Shown here in pieces: positions 38,876 to 53,548 of a stretch of 64,000 bases of DNA. The position numbers and the translations under genes were made by a program. The DNA is from Chrysomallon squamiferum. Lineage: Eukaryota > Animalia > Mollusca. Within the stretch, counting starts at the first letter, position 1; every line of letters begins with the position of its first letter. The stretch spans positions 13,330,001 to 13,394,000 of the forward strand of contig CM022678.1 of assembly GCA_012295275.1 (NCBI GenBank), read 5' to 3'. Under the pieces are notes generated by a model, which saw nothing but the letters and a program-made list of their open reading frames with translations, was not told the origin of the DNA and did no database searches.

Positions 38876-41800
38876 CTTGCTGATGAAAATCATTGTTTGG
38901 CAGTCTATATAAATCCATGAGTGAGAAAAACATTTTAAAAATGTGCCTGCAGAAAGACCTTTTTTATTTTCTTTTACTTTTTCTCCCGTTTTCTTATCTT
39001 ATTCTATTTTTTTCTTTTTTTAAATTATTATTATCTTTTTTTAAATAATTACATATTTTTTCTTCACCTTTCTGATAAAATTAAGGTCGATGACCGCCAG
39101 GATCTGAAGGAAAGGTAAGATGAAGCATATCTAGTTTTTTATATTACACTGCATTCAGATTCCATTTTATGTCCACTACTTAGAAACATACACTCAGTAT
39201 GTAAATGTGTATTGTTTGTGTGTGTTTGTGTAAAATAATGATTGTGTCTGTGTGTTTTATAAAGAGAGAAACAACATTATAAGCTATATATATGTATTTA
39301 ATATGTTTTAGTATGTATTTTGTTTAAACGTATTAAATAAAAAAATTTAAGCTGCATGTCGGCATTATTGTTGCATATTTTATTCTCAGTATTAACGTTA
39401 AAATTCTATTCTCTGCTCAAATGAATAAAGAATAACAGTATATTAAGTTAATAAAAATAGTTGTCATAGCGCACAGCCATTTTCAGTTATCAATAGTGCC
39501 ATTTTGTCAGTATGTAAGCACTGTTGAAAATTGTAAATATTCATAACCAGTCAGGAAAGATAATGCTACAGCTATTGTCAAACCAGTCAGGAACGAAAAT
39601 ATTACAGCTATTGTCAAACCATAGACAGGAAAGATAATGTTTAACGATTTATCATAGATCTCCATTCTGTAACAATGTTATAAAATGGACAAAACAAACA
39701 CAACTGTCTCTTAACCATTTTACATCAAGGTTTGAGTGAATTTTACGATTGCAGCTGTCATGTCCCTAAACTAACACACTTCACCCAGCCCAGCCTACAT
39801 TTTTCTACAGTACATTTGTCTTTACATTGATTTTATGCCTGTATATTGTTCTTACGTTATCATATTACAGTATTATATAGCTAAAGTTTAATGCTCCAGA
39901 AATTTTTTGTTAACAAAATTTTACAGTAACCAAAAAAAATTATCTCCGCTTTTAACAATTGAAAAAAACATTCATTACATCTTATGAATGATCTACATTT
40001 TGGCGAATATATTCTCACATTGAAAAGAAGTTATACTGCGCTATTATTTCAGAACAAGAAAATATGAAATAAATAAATAACGGATGAATGACGGGAGAGA
40101 GAAAGAAATGAGGACAGTGTAATGTATCTACTAAATATCAAGATACAGCGGCTGAAGGTGTATAAATTAAAAAGAATATGCAATATAGAGTAGAAATTGT
40201 TTAATACAATGCAATTATACTGATGTCTCTCACTACAGGCTGATCCTAACCTCCAGTGTATATGAATAAATTTCTTTATTCAAACCTGTTGCACCCAGAA
40301 TGCTGAAATAATCGTAAGTGGGTTTTTGTTTTGATGTAACAGATTCAAATAACAGTAGTGAAAAATAACAAGATAACTGACATTTTCAAAAAAACAACTA
40401 ATTAACATTCTAGTTTGGCTTTCAAAATAATGTAAAAAAAAAACAAGTTTTAGTGTAAATCATGCAATTGTGTGAAAATCCATAAAAATAATAATAAATA
40501 AATAAATAAATAATAAAAAAATTAAAAAAACATGAATTTTATTGACTCAACTTGGGTAGTTACGGAATAAAAAAGGCTGCTTTTTAATATTTTGCTTTAT
40601 TAAACATCTTTTTGCAAAATGATAAAAAAAATCAAAAACTCAAAAAGAAATAGTGATTGGAAGCAAAAAATAAAACACCTGTCGATGGAAACTTCAAAAT
40701 GTGCAAGTTATTTAATGACAGGTTCATTTATACTTAAATGTTTTTCCACTGTGGATCCTGACTGAAAGAGCAGTTTCTCCTGATACAGCAGTAAGAATCT
40801 TTTACCATTAATAATTTCTCCCAGTTTTAAACAGGGTTACCTTTTTATATTTTGTCATGCTTAATTTGATAAAATTACTAATAGCATTTAAATATATTAT
40901 ACATTCATGTTAAAATACTGCAGAGACAGATCGCAAAAAAAATTAGGAAAACAAAAGCAACAGCCACAGTGTTCGTTCCTTGTCAATTTATAAAATTGAT
41001 CTTTTTATTTTATAAATGAAGACGCTACACGTGACATGGATGTCTGATTCCTTTACTTTTTTAATGAAATGGAACAAGTAATTACAATATGAAGAGCGTT
41101 AACAGTGAACAGATAAATGTTAAACAAATACTGTTTTCTCTTGATAAAACACAAAATAAAAATACTTAATAATAAAAAAATTTAAATATGAAACAGACAA
41201 TGTAAAACTTTATTTTTAAAAAGGACAATTTAGTTAAAATAAATAACCTATTTTGAAATTAATCATTGTAACTGGATCACTATTTTCACAGCATTTTTTT
41301 TGTATTCATCAACTGTCATAAATCAATTACAAGTTGGTGCCATAATGTATACATTTAACTTTTATTAAAAATAATTTTAACTGAATTTTGTTTCCACTTG
41401 TTTTTCAAGTGGCACTTATGAGAATATAAACCAATTTCTTTTTATTTACTTTTAATTCATTGTAACAGCAGTTTTTAATTCACCAAAGAAAAATAAAAAT
41501 GCTGCTTTTTAAGATTGCCTGATTACAAGTTACTTGAGCATGCATTTTTATTTCACCAATATTATCTTTCCAATAACAATCTTTTTCTCCAATATATAAT
41601 ACAAAACTTCGTATCTGTAACAATCTTCCAACTTTAAATGAAACTTAGAAAACTATGAGAGGAAGTTAAGTGTAATCAATGTTCAAGAAAGAGAATTTTT
41701 AATTTTTTAGCACTATTCCTTGTTTCTTTCTTTTTTAAATTGATGACAGGAGTTTTAGTCTAATTAAAAAATATATATAATAAAACAAAATCTAACCATT

Positions 41801-42482
41801 GCTTTCAAACAATTAGAATATTTTCTATTCAACCTGTTTACAATTGATAGTATTTATTTGATGCGGTTATGCTTTAATTTTGTCTAATGGTCATAAGAAT
41901 ACAAGATCACTTTTCTATTCTATGAAATTGTACAACATCCAGTTCTACAAGATAATAAAATTCCTACCAAAATAAAATATGAAAAAATATTTTAATTTGT
42001 ATTCTGGTTTTAAATTATTAAATCAATTTTTGAAATTAAATTATATAAGCAGTGAATACAAAAATAAAAATAAATGAAATTACTATAATTTTTTCACAAA
42101 ATATTTTTGTGACAATATCTCAGTGTCCATAAAGATATTTAAAACCTGCAATATGGGTAACAGTAGAATATCTTTAAAACTCTGCTGAGATTTTCCAAGA
42201 ATGTTTTCACCTCCACACTGATTGAGAATCTACAAATAACGTACAACAATGTTTCATTTTAGTTGCCAAAAAAGTGTTTGTAATATTACTGAATAATGAA
42301 GAGGTAACTTTGTAACATAACAGAGATAAACAAAATATGTAAACTCTGAAATTACACAACACTAAAACAAATGAAAGTCTGTAAAAGAATGAGAAGATGC
42401 TGGAGATGTGAATACTCTGTCAGTTGTGCTCTTTAAAAAAATGTTGCTGACTGAAGATGAACTATGTACATCGGCAATGACA

Positions 42483-45400
42483 TTAGCAGACAGTGCCAAA
42501 ATTAGGTCCTTTCTCAATAAGAATATCCCCATATGGTTCACTCTGTTCAACAAAAATACATTGGTGCTTCTTGAGCACTAACAATGTGTAAAAACGAGAT
42601 GCTGCTTGTTTGCGGTTGTGCCGTCTTGCCATATCTTTAAAACTGAGTGTGTCTGTTTGTCTAAATGCAATTTCAAACACATGCTGCATCTGTGCTGTCC
42701 TCTTTGTCCATCTCTGTTCCTCCTCCTGAACAGTTTCTGGCATTTTCTCATTATGCTCTTCCATGTCATCGAATGACTGTAAAAACAATAAATTTAAATG
42801 TTTTTTTAATGATCTTTGTACATTTATATACTTTTAGAATTTTTTTATGTAGATAAAATTCATTAAAGTAAATGAACTTAAGGTTATAAAGTTTATTGTT
42901 TCTGTTCAGATTATGGTTGATTATCAACCCATACTTGTCATTAAAGATAACAGTAACTTAATGATGTAGTGATGAAACAGCCATAGAAACTGACTCAATA
43001 TTAATACAAAAGGGTAACATCAGTTATCTAATGCCTGAATAAAACAACTAAAGCAAAAAAAACAACAACAATAAAACTTACTGCTGCTGCTGCAACTGAT
43101 GGAGGTCCGACTGATGGTGGACCAACTGAGGCAGGTCCTACTGAGAATGGAGCAATTGAAGGTGGCCCATCTTCCATATTAGGGTCATAATTGATGAGAG
43201 TTTGATCCTGCAAGACACCATCAACAGCCTGTGTTGATGGCATTTCAACTATGCCCTCGGTAGCCTGGGCAAGCAGGTCCTGTGGAACAGTGGGTGTTTC
43301 ATGAACACGAGGGGTGGCAACAACTTCTTTAGTAGCAGATTTATCAAGTGATTTTTCACTTCTTCGTGACCGTGACACTGTTGTTTCATGTGCAACAGAT
43401 GGCTCCTCAATGATTGTACTCATTTCAGACTGGTTTGTCTTGTCCACTAAACATAATAAAAACATTTTGAGTATAGTCAACATCTATTTTCAGATAATTT
43501 TGTATATCTAATTAATTCTCTCTTGATGCAAACAATGATAATATTTAATAACAGATTTATCAGCATAGACAGGATAATTAAGACTGCCAATCTGTATCTG
43601 CCATGAGGTAAGTATTAATTGTATACCAATGAAAAAAAAAAAAAAGAAGACGTACAAAGCTTTTCTTCTTCCCTTGCCACTTCTGGAGCATCAAGGTCAA
43701 GTTTGTCTACATCATAGTCTTCCATTCTCTCCTTCAGCTGCTTGGTGATCAAGTTTCTTGTGAAGAACTGTTAATTAAGTTGGTTTTGTTAGCATTTCAC
43801 AGCATCAAAATAAACAGCTTTTATTCATCATTTGTATAATTTTTGTTTATTTTTCCTAGAATCCATTTTGAACCTTGAAAAAAATTTAACTTCTCATTCC
43901 ATGTTTTAAAGAAATTAACCGGATATAACAATATAAATACATTTGTACAATGTAAACTTTTTGCTGGAACCAATTTTTCACATTTCTTGTTATTTTTTTG
44001 CTGTATGATCCAAATTCATTTAATACATACCTTGCTAGTTAATTTGGAAACAATGGGTCTCCCTGGAAGTGTAAACAGTTTCTCTACACCTCCTGTTTCT
44101 TTCCAGTGCATAAGTTTTTTGGTTGGAGGAGCCAGATCAAGGGTGGTTACTATGTCTGACGTGTCAGAAAGCTGTAACTTCATAGTTTCACTCGGAATGC
44201 CTTTTTGCTCATCAACAATAAGTTTCCTTTTTCTTTTTGTTTTCTTTTCAGTACCTGCAGAATGTAACAACAGTTAATGTTAAACACTAAACACATACAT
44301 ACATTTTCAATGTCCAACATATTCAAATGTTGTATTTTTTCACTCATTTTATAATGTTTACCTACAAATATAATGTGTAGTTTTATAAGAAAATACTCCA
44401 CAAAAATTCCAACATTTTTCCACAGGAAATTTCATTATACTTTTTATAATAATAAAAAGATACCACAGGGTATTTAACACATTTTCATGTATCAATTCTC
44501 TACAAAATTTGGTTCAGTAAAGTTTACCTGCTACTGCAGTTACATCTAATGGCTCCAAAGCAAAAGCTTCTTCTTCATTTGGCACCAATGTCGTTTGTTC
44601 TCCTGTAGATAAAGCAGAAACTCCTGCAGCAGAGGTATGGGCTTGAACAGGAGGAGCCAACTCAGAATCTCCTTCAGTACCTTGTGATGTTACTTTTTCC
44701 TCTGTAATGTTAAGTGTAAATAATGGACACTGTTAATGTATAATTTTAATTATATGCAGAATACCTTATAAAATTATATAACATAAAAACATTCAAAATA
44801 AACAAATGCTAAAGAAAATTTCCTCTGAAAAATAAAGAAATAAAGACATTTTTTCAACTCTATCTGGGTTGTTCTTTAAAACTGTACATACTCTGAGCCA
44901 TCCTCTTCAAAGAATTATTATAAAAATGTTTGTCATATGCAGTTGATTTTAACTAAAATCTTATGTATTTAGGTATTGCAGATAATAAGAATAATACATT
45001 AATTCAAATTTCGCTTGCATGCTTTTATTGAGTAGATGTTCCAATTGAATTTTGCCCTATTCTGACATGAAGTGTTCATAAAAACAAAAGATTTGGATAT
45101 ATAAAAGGTGACATATTTATGGTTTCCAATTTTTGTTGATGCATTTTTAAAAAAAGGAAGGATCTTGCTAACGTCACCAGTATGACCAAGCATTTTATGT
45201 ACAAATGAATCAGTGGACAAACACATAAACACTCACTTGGCAAAAGTTATGTTGTTTGAAATTGGCAGACATTTTTTTTTTGAGGATTGTGGCTTCTGTT
45301 TGAAAATTTCGATACCAAAGCATTTTTTAAAATAAAAGTTTTATTATAAATACAAGATTATTCAAAATTTAAAAAGACCCATCGTTATACTGGATAGTTT

Positions 45401-48400
45401 ACGTTTTGTTAAACAGATGTTGAAATGATTTTGATGAAGCCATTTAAATGTTACAAAATTATTCTTGAGGTAAGAAGTCATCTTCATTTTTATTATTTAA
45501 AGAAACTTCCATAAATGTTCACTGAGAACAGCTTTACACAGTATTTTCATTTACTTTTATATGATCATTTCATAATTGTAATCCGAGATGGAAATGTTTA
45601 TTTTTAGGGTTCTACAACAGTGACAAATTTAACAAACATTATTACTTTCCAAGTTTCAGTAACTTTATAAGTAAACTGTAATTTTATTTCAGTTCTCTCG
45701 ATGATTGGCAATTGTTTTTAAGCAATAATTACAACACCTTTTTACTTTTCAATGGTCTCCCCAGCATTTGTGAAATGGATGGCATAACTGGTGCAAGTTA
45801 AGTTAAATGATGGTACACAAAATGTTCAGGGTACATTGAACAAATGCATTAACTATTAATAAGTTTATTTTATTTGCAATTAAATAAAATTAAAGTGTCT
45901 GTTGCTGGTGAGTTCTGTCTGGTTGTTCTGTGAATTACATTCTTTATATAAATATATTTATGCAAAATAATATACGTTGTTTTGTAACCTTCTTACATAT
46001 TATGTATACATGTGTGTCTGTGTCTCTCTGTGAAATGTGTTATCGTTTTTATTGCTCTGAAAGTAAAAGATCGCCATGTTGTGCCATAACGAATATTTAT
46101 GAGAATGTTGTGTTGGTGATGCACTGTTATATGCTTTTATATTTAAAAAAAAGTTATTAGATTTTTATTCAGCATTCCATCAATACCTCTGAATACACTG
46201 TTCTATTATGTTGTATAGTCTGTTATGTTTACGATTCTTAATTTGATGTTTATCGCAAGAATTCTGAAAGCAAAATAATCAACAGTTTTAAACTGAAGAT
46301 AGTAATCGGCAAAACAATGTTAATTTTATTTATTTCAGAAAGCGTTTTCACTACGGATGTGCTATGTATACACTAAATGTAGGGACAGTGAAGAAAAACA
46401 AACAGCCAACAAGTTTAAAAATAATCATTTTAAACGCCTTTCTAGCTGTACATAAGATCTACTGCAATTTCGTTCTGTAAAAAAATGTAACATAATGGCG
46501 ATTTCACTAAGCACATGCCACTTTCAAATGCGGAGCTTCTTTTCGTCAAAGAAGACACACCATAGTGTCACACATTGTTTGAAAGGTAATTTAATGATCT
46601 TTCATTTGATCCCGTGAACATAGGTTTTATTTTCAGCCAGTTTTTTTTCAAAATTGGTTTGAAGGCATGAAAAAGTACATTTTGATATAAGCCATTGCCG
46701 GTGACGACATGCACACTGTTAGAAAGATTGAACTTTGACCCTGCTAGCTGTGCTAAAAATAACATTGAAGCCTTTTTGGCGAAAACAAGCCAGGCGTTTG
46801 CACAGCGACCTATTTTAGGACTTTTTACTCCATGCTGTTAATTGCTGACCATGGGCACTGAAGTGCGTTTACCCCCACCGCGTTTAATACTCTCGTACAA
46901 AGAACTGATTAAACATACAACAAGAATAAAAACACCATTTAAAAGAGCACATAAACATCTTTAGTTACATATATTTGTTTTTTATAGTAGGATTTATAGA
47001 AGGGATTTGGGAGTGGAGGAAAATGGACAAAATCTTAACTTTTAACAGCTTCAACCAATTATATCGGCTAGGCTGCTGGTACCTACACAATGGTGCCCAG
47101 TTTTAGAATACTTAGCAGCTTTAAATGCTGAAAAACACGGTGACTGTGTGTGTTTTTAGATAATGCAGTTTTCAATTTACTTAGATGAAATTTAGGTACA
47201 AGCATCAATGGTTTTAGAAACTATATTTCATATAATAGATGAAGTATGTTTATTCTTAATAAGAATTAATAACTTACGTGCTGGTTTTGCTGCTACTGCT
47301 TCTTCTACCTCCTGAGCCATGGAAACATCCTGCATGGGTGTGTCACTGAACAGTCCCCCAGCATCCATGAACTCTCCACCTACAGAGCAAAAAATAAATA
47401 AATAAAATAAAATAAAATTTGTAAAACAATTATGGTTTCTCGTACTTTTTTTGGACAGTCCTGTTACAAAAGCTGTGGTTATTTATTATTTATTTTTTCA
47501 GTATACTATCTAAAATGGAAATAGAATAAATTTTTTCATTAGAGCAATGTTATGTAGCAGGTTATAAATACTTTCAAGTCTAGTTAAACTAAGACATTTA
47601 CTTACCATCTGTAGTAACTACTTATTTAAGAAAGAATTCTGAGACGAAAATGAAATTGGCACTTTACATTAACACAATACATATAATAAAAAATTATAAG
47701 AAATAAAGTAAGAAACTGAATTTCCTGATTCATGACAATTTATTAACAAACAAATCAAGCAAAGTAAAATCTTACCAAACAAACCAGGATCAACATCACC
47801 AAAGTCATCGTTGTTGTCATCGTCATCATCTCCAGCGTCTAAGTATTTTTTTATGTTAATTAATAACAAACAACATGTTAAAAGAAGATTAAAAACAATC
47901 CAAGAACTATAATCAAAATGACAAAATTTTCAACTGTGCTTCATAACAAAGATAATAAAATGAACTGTAATATAAAAGTGGACCACGATTATTGCACAAA
48001 AAAAAAAAAAAAAAAAAAAACCTCCAGCAAATAATACTATAAAAATGTGTAAGGCATCCTGCTGGCAATGCATCATATATAAAAAATGAGAAAGGTATCA
48101 TCAAAAATATTCTTCAAGTTTCTTTGCTCAGAATGAAGCACAATTAATTGAATAAATAAAACAGTCAGAGCAGTGAACCAAATTTAACTAAAGACTATCT
48201 TTTAATAATGTAAATATGACTTACCCATAAATGCATCACCAACTGTTCCACCAAATCCATCTTCTCCAACTGGTGGTTCCAAATCTACATCCATGGATTT
48301 TTCCATGGATGCACTATTTCCCAGAGTTTTGTCCCGACTTTCAATAGGTACAGAAGACAAGTCATGTGATTTGTAAAGTGTTTCATCAAGATGGGATGTA

Positions 48401-51400
48401 TCCCTTAAGATTTCCCTTTCATCAAAACCTATGTCACCAGCACCTAAAGGTTGGTGGAGGGTAAAGAAGAAGAAGAAAAAAAAAAAAAAAAAAGAATTGA
48501 ATAAAAATATATTCATTTAAATTCTAGAAACATTTTTAAAAAGAATACATTTCTGAAAAATTATTAAGCACAAATATTAATTTTAAGGAATTATGATATT
48601 CAGAATAATAAATAAATAATACTTTTACACTGAATCAGTAAAACTCGTCAAAAAGTCCTGATAAAATTAATAATAAAATTTGCTTTTCAAATGAAGTAAA
48701 CACAATTGAAAGTAAAAATATAAAAATGTTATTCCTTTGAATAATGAAAAATTTCTAACAAAGGATATTCCAGAAAAAAACATTATGAGCATGGAAAGGC
48801 ACTTTGTTTAAAGTATGCATGGTATATCCATAATACATTTTATGGGTTTTTGAGATTCATGTTACAAAAGAAATAAAATAATAATAATTATAATAATAAT
48901 AATGGTGATAATTAAAAAAAAATTAAAATTAAAAAAAGCAAGAAAAATAATAATAAAAAATAAACAGAAAGGAATATAGAAGTTAATTATGTGCCATAAT
49001 TTCAATTTACCATACCTTCAGAACAAAATATTTATTTCTGGAATAGCCATTCTTATGTAAATAATAATAATTCATTCCAATTGGAGTCTCTTCAAAAATT
49101 CAGATCAGAAAGTGATGGTTAGGTGCCATCTTGGGAAGGGGTCAAAGGTCAGTTTTTCAACAGATACTTATCAATATCAAAAAAAGAAAAAAAAGAAAAG
49201 AAAGGAAAACAGAATATTTAAAGGTAAAACAAAATAATGGAATTTTTTACTTTCAGCACGCTTGACATTACAAGAATTATTCACAGGCATAGTAGGTGTA
49301 ATATTTAAAAAGCAAATGATCTTGAAAACAGTAAACGCTATTCCAGAAATAAATGTTTTGAAACCCCCTTATGAAAATAATACAGATGAAAAAAATTTAA
49401 CAAAATAAACAAATAAATATATAAATAAAATAAAGGAAAGTAATTATTTTTAAGCCATTGTTTATTCTGTGTGTGGTAAATACATTATATTTATGAGAAT
49501 TCAGTGATTGTACTATCTTTTGTATACTCAAGTAAATATGTAATTAACGCTTTTTCCTTACTATCTGAAATGCAATTAAAGTGGGGTTTAGGTGGGTTTT
49601 TTTTGAACTAAGTACTTCAGTAACTAAATAAAAAGATGTACTCAGAAAATGTCTCATTTTACAAAAGGTGAATCTCTATCAGCAATATGAATGAGAAGCA
49701 ATATGAATAAGAACCATCTCTCTTCAGTTTTAAAAGTGTCGCAAAAATAGACCTAGCCTAAAGAATATATACATACTTTAACTTATTTACATACTGACAG
49801 AAAAAGAAAAATGCCTGTGAATAAGACTATGGCCTGACTCCAATTGGAATGGAGATCAACCTTTGACCCCAAACAGATGACACCTTACCCCGATCAGATC
49901 CACATGGAGAATCGATGGGGTCATCATGACTATCCTCATGAAAATTTGAATCACAAAGTGATTCATCATCAGCACGGGTGTTATGGGAAGTATAATCCCA
50001 TTCACAGAATCCAGGATCTGAGTCAAGACCCAGCCCACTGTCCAGATGCCCCAAAGGGGCTTTATGATCACATTTGTTATTATTATTAATAAGGTCTGAG
50101 TTGAAGTTATCACAGTTAATGTTGAGACACAATTGTTTAATCCCTGAGTGATTAATGCACATTTTTTTACAGTCTGAAATGGGTGAAGGAACTGCTGTGT
50201 TATATTCTGCATTAATATTTTTGTCAGGTGGAATATTTGCATTTATATCTTCATCACTGTCAATACAAATACCACTGTCCACAGTTATACGTGATGATCG
50301 ATCAGTAAAACCAGTCATATTGTCTTTGTTTTGTTCTATACATTTACTACATGTAGATAATGGTATATTTTGTTTGTACAATGTTGTCTGACAAATAGCA
50401 AGTATCAACTCAAAGTCTAGTGGAGTTTTTGTGAAATCAGTATCGTACCCATTAATTACAATACACATGTCTTTTTCACTTATTTCTCCACCAAAACCTT
50501 CATCGATGTTACCTGGTAAAAATGAAAATTTCACATTCTCTTAATTCTCATCTGTTTAATTTTTTCTTTGTCTATTTCACTGATATTTAATAAAATCCAC
50601 AATAATTTGAAAAAAGATAAATAAAATATAAAGGTTTAAAAAATGTTCAACTTTAAAACTTAGTGTTAACTATTAAAGTAAACAAAAGAAATGCAAATGC
50701 TGTTTGATAATCAGTGGAATTAGGACCCTCAATAAACCTTTGTGGCTTAAGGACAATTTTTAGTCAATGTTTGAATTACTTTTATGTATTTACCAAGCAG
50801 AAATATTTTTGGAAGAAATAATACTGGCTCTAATATAAATGTCTGTGGTTTCTTTGTTGGACTCCATTTAGAAGTCTGCCTATAATGAATATGACATTTA
50901 GTTTTGAATTATCATGAAAAGTGACAGTATAAAATATAAACATGATGCTTAATATGAACTGTACGACAAAAACAGTATAATGAACTCACCAAAACCATCA
51001 TCTCCCATAAAAGCTATGCTACCTAAATCTTCTCGCATGGTTATTTCTTCTGGTCGACTCTGATTTACAGAAAACTGAGCCTGAACATCAATATCTCTGT
51101 AAATAAAAACAGAAAAATAATTTAAGGACAAAACTTTATTGCATGTTAAATATTTATTTTTTTTTTTTTTATATTCTGCATGGTTCTCAGTTGGATTTTA
51201 TGTTTCAGTCAACATAATACATGTTTAAAAATATCTCAGTCTGCTATTTTTCTTAATCTTTAGATATCACATTTTTTGTTGTCAAAAATTACAACTATCA
51301 TTTTGTCAGGCATGCAATGGTGTGAATATTCCTTTGTGAAGGTTAAAATGGTCCAACATTAAACATACAATCTTCTTTCACAGTGTTCCCAACAGAAAAG

Positions 51401-52217
51401 CACATAGCATGTTCATCATTCTAACTACATTTATTTATTTCAATGAAACTCAAAAAATAAAACCACTGAAGAAAACAGATCCTTCAGCCCAATGTATCTT
51501 AGGGCAACATTTAATCACTTCAGTACAAATAAAAATCCACTTACTCCAAATCAGCAAGAGTCGTTTCAAAGTCATGAAAGTTTTCCTGAAGAGTTATCGC
51601 TGCAACTGCAGCTTCTCTGTTTTCTTCTGGTAGATCCACTACACCAGGGCGAAAAGCCATTTTTATTTTTACAAATGCTTCATTACAGTCAGCCAAAAGG
51701 TACTTGGCCTTTCGGGAATAAATCCTCACAACTCCAAGTAAAAGATGACCTGAGGTCCGTAAAGCCATTTTCACCTATAAATAAAATGAATTTATTTTGT
51801 TATTGTCAACATGTGAGTTTTTGTACACAATATTAAAATTAAATACCATTACAGATCTTTGAAAGGCCAATTTCATTAACAGAGTATTTCTGATTTATAC
51901 TTTGCTGCCATTTTTAAACTGGTCAAAGCTCTATCAGTGTTTTGGTTTTATTTATTGTTTTAACATTACAAAATAAAAGATTTTTAAACCTATAGTTTAA
52001 CCTGTAATTTAAATCGCACACATCATTTATTTCTTGTTATGTTAGATATTGTAATTCATTTAATTACATTCACCTTTGGCTTTAATATTGCTTCCACACT
52101 GCTGTCAATGTTCGTTTCAAATACATGAGCTTTAGTCAGCTTTTTGTCCCAATGTGCTGCGAGCCAAATCCTGGCCAACGGCCCCTTCTTACTCAGCACA
52201 AAATGTGCGTAAAACAT
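42483..52217 (-). CDS. RAD21: Cohesin alpha-kleisin RAD21/Scc1
   Basis: Starts [36 protein letters not shown]; exons 52217-52074, 51774-51545, 51096-50990, 48443-48225, (47838-47776), 47379-47278, 44701-44528, ~44255-44031, ~43767-43656, 43446-43082, ~42777-42483; [37 protein letters not shown] separase site, [36 protein letters not shown]...[12 protein letters not shown]. Confidence 0.98.
49889..50512 (-). CDS. RAD21: Candidate 624-nt in-frame cassette exon of RAD21 (208 aa)
   Basis: Acceptor TTTTCATTTTTACCAG|G at 50512, donor G|GTAAGG at 49889, both phase 1 like flanking exons; stop-free (ORF 49827..50534) in an otherwise stop-rich intron. Confidence 0.72.
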
Positions 52218-52733
52218 GTTTTATTTATAACACAGTAGCACCTGAAAAATATATAAAATACATTTAAACATTCCAACACAAGTGTAAATATTATATTATT
52301 TATACAGATTTAAACAAAAATTTATTCTCAATAATGCACATAATTGCTAATACAGTAAATTAGTAATACACCAAAAATAATGCCATTCACATTTTTTCAC
52401 TACATGACTATTAACTCTTAAAACAATTAAAATGAAGTTGGGTTTTATTTGATTCAAATATATCTGTGTATGTAGATAGATACATACACACAAACATGTA
52501 TACATACAATCCCCATAGTACATTAAAAAGGGAGACAACTCATTTTAAAAAAATTAATTTATACGTTTTAAATATATAAATCAAATGCTTTAAGCTTTTT
52601 AAAAACTTTTATATAATTGATTATGCAAACAGCCAAAACGAGATATTTCCATTTCCTTAATTTGTAGTATGTAGCGTCTCCGACCAAATGAAGCAAATGA
52701 TCGATCGGCTAACGAATTCATGAAGCACTTTAC

Positions 52734-53548
52734 CTTTATCACAATATATATATGTGTACAAATCCCTAGCTAATAAGGCATCGGAGATTAACTTTTTGTT
52801 AGTCGGGCGGTCGAATAGAATAATTTAAACATAAATTCAACATATTAAGCTCCAGAAACAAGAATCTGTATACACAAAATGGCGTCCCTTTTGTTTCCCG
52901 CCCAAACAAGACGTTCGAAATAAAACCTGTTTACCTTCAATACCATCCGCATCATAAATATTCCTGTACAGTATTTTTAATTTTCAATTATATTTTTTTT
53001 GTTATTATTACTTCAAATTATATATCTTTATTACGATAGATTTCACAATAATGGTGGCTATTTTATGAAGTATAATCGTAAATAACATTAATGTCAATCT
53101 AGCGTACTAATACAATAAACAACAAATGCAGGTGCTCGAATTCTGGGGCATCTGTGACCTCAAAAAAAAAAAAAAAAAAATCTTAGAGCAAAAAATGGCC
53201 CTATTACGTTTGTATGGAATGTGGTTAATTGTAGAATAAATAATTATTTTTTGGGGGGTATGGGGCATTTATAAAACAAATTCTCATATAAAATGCAAAA
53301 TAATGTCTGATTATGCTCTGGCCTAGATTTTTTAATATGCTGGCGAAAATGCAGGCTATGAATATGACGCATCATGAACCTAAGCAAAACAATCACGTGA
53401 TAGCTGTTGTCAAGATGGCCGCATAGTTGAGTCAGAATAGACTCGACATGCGGCTAAAAACAGAAATTAACTTTTCTTTTTCATTTATTTGCATTAAATT
53501 TATTGCTGTGTCAGGTAATATGAAAACACCTTTATAAACATTTGAAAT
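52734..53548. promoter_or_regulatory. Bidirectional promoter / 5'UTR region between RAD21 (-) and the coiled-coil gene (+)
   Basis: RAD21 non-coding exon donor at 52734; YY1-like CAAAATGGCG (52875) and CAAGATGGCC (53411); E2F-like TTTCCCGC (52894-52901); E-box TCACGTGA (53393-53400); divergent ATG at 53549. Confidence 0.6.

Noticed and set aside
46568-46765. Smr-domain-like VHVVTGNG motif
   Set aside because: No upstream LDLHG motif, in-frame stop shortly upstream, no convincing splice context.
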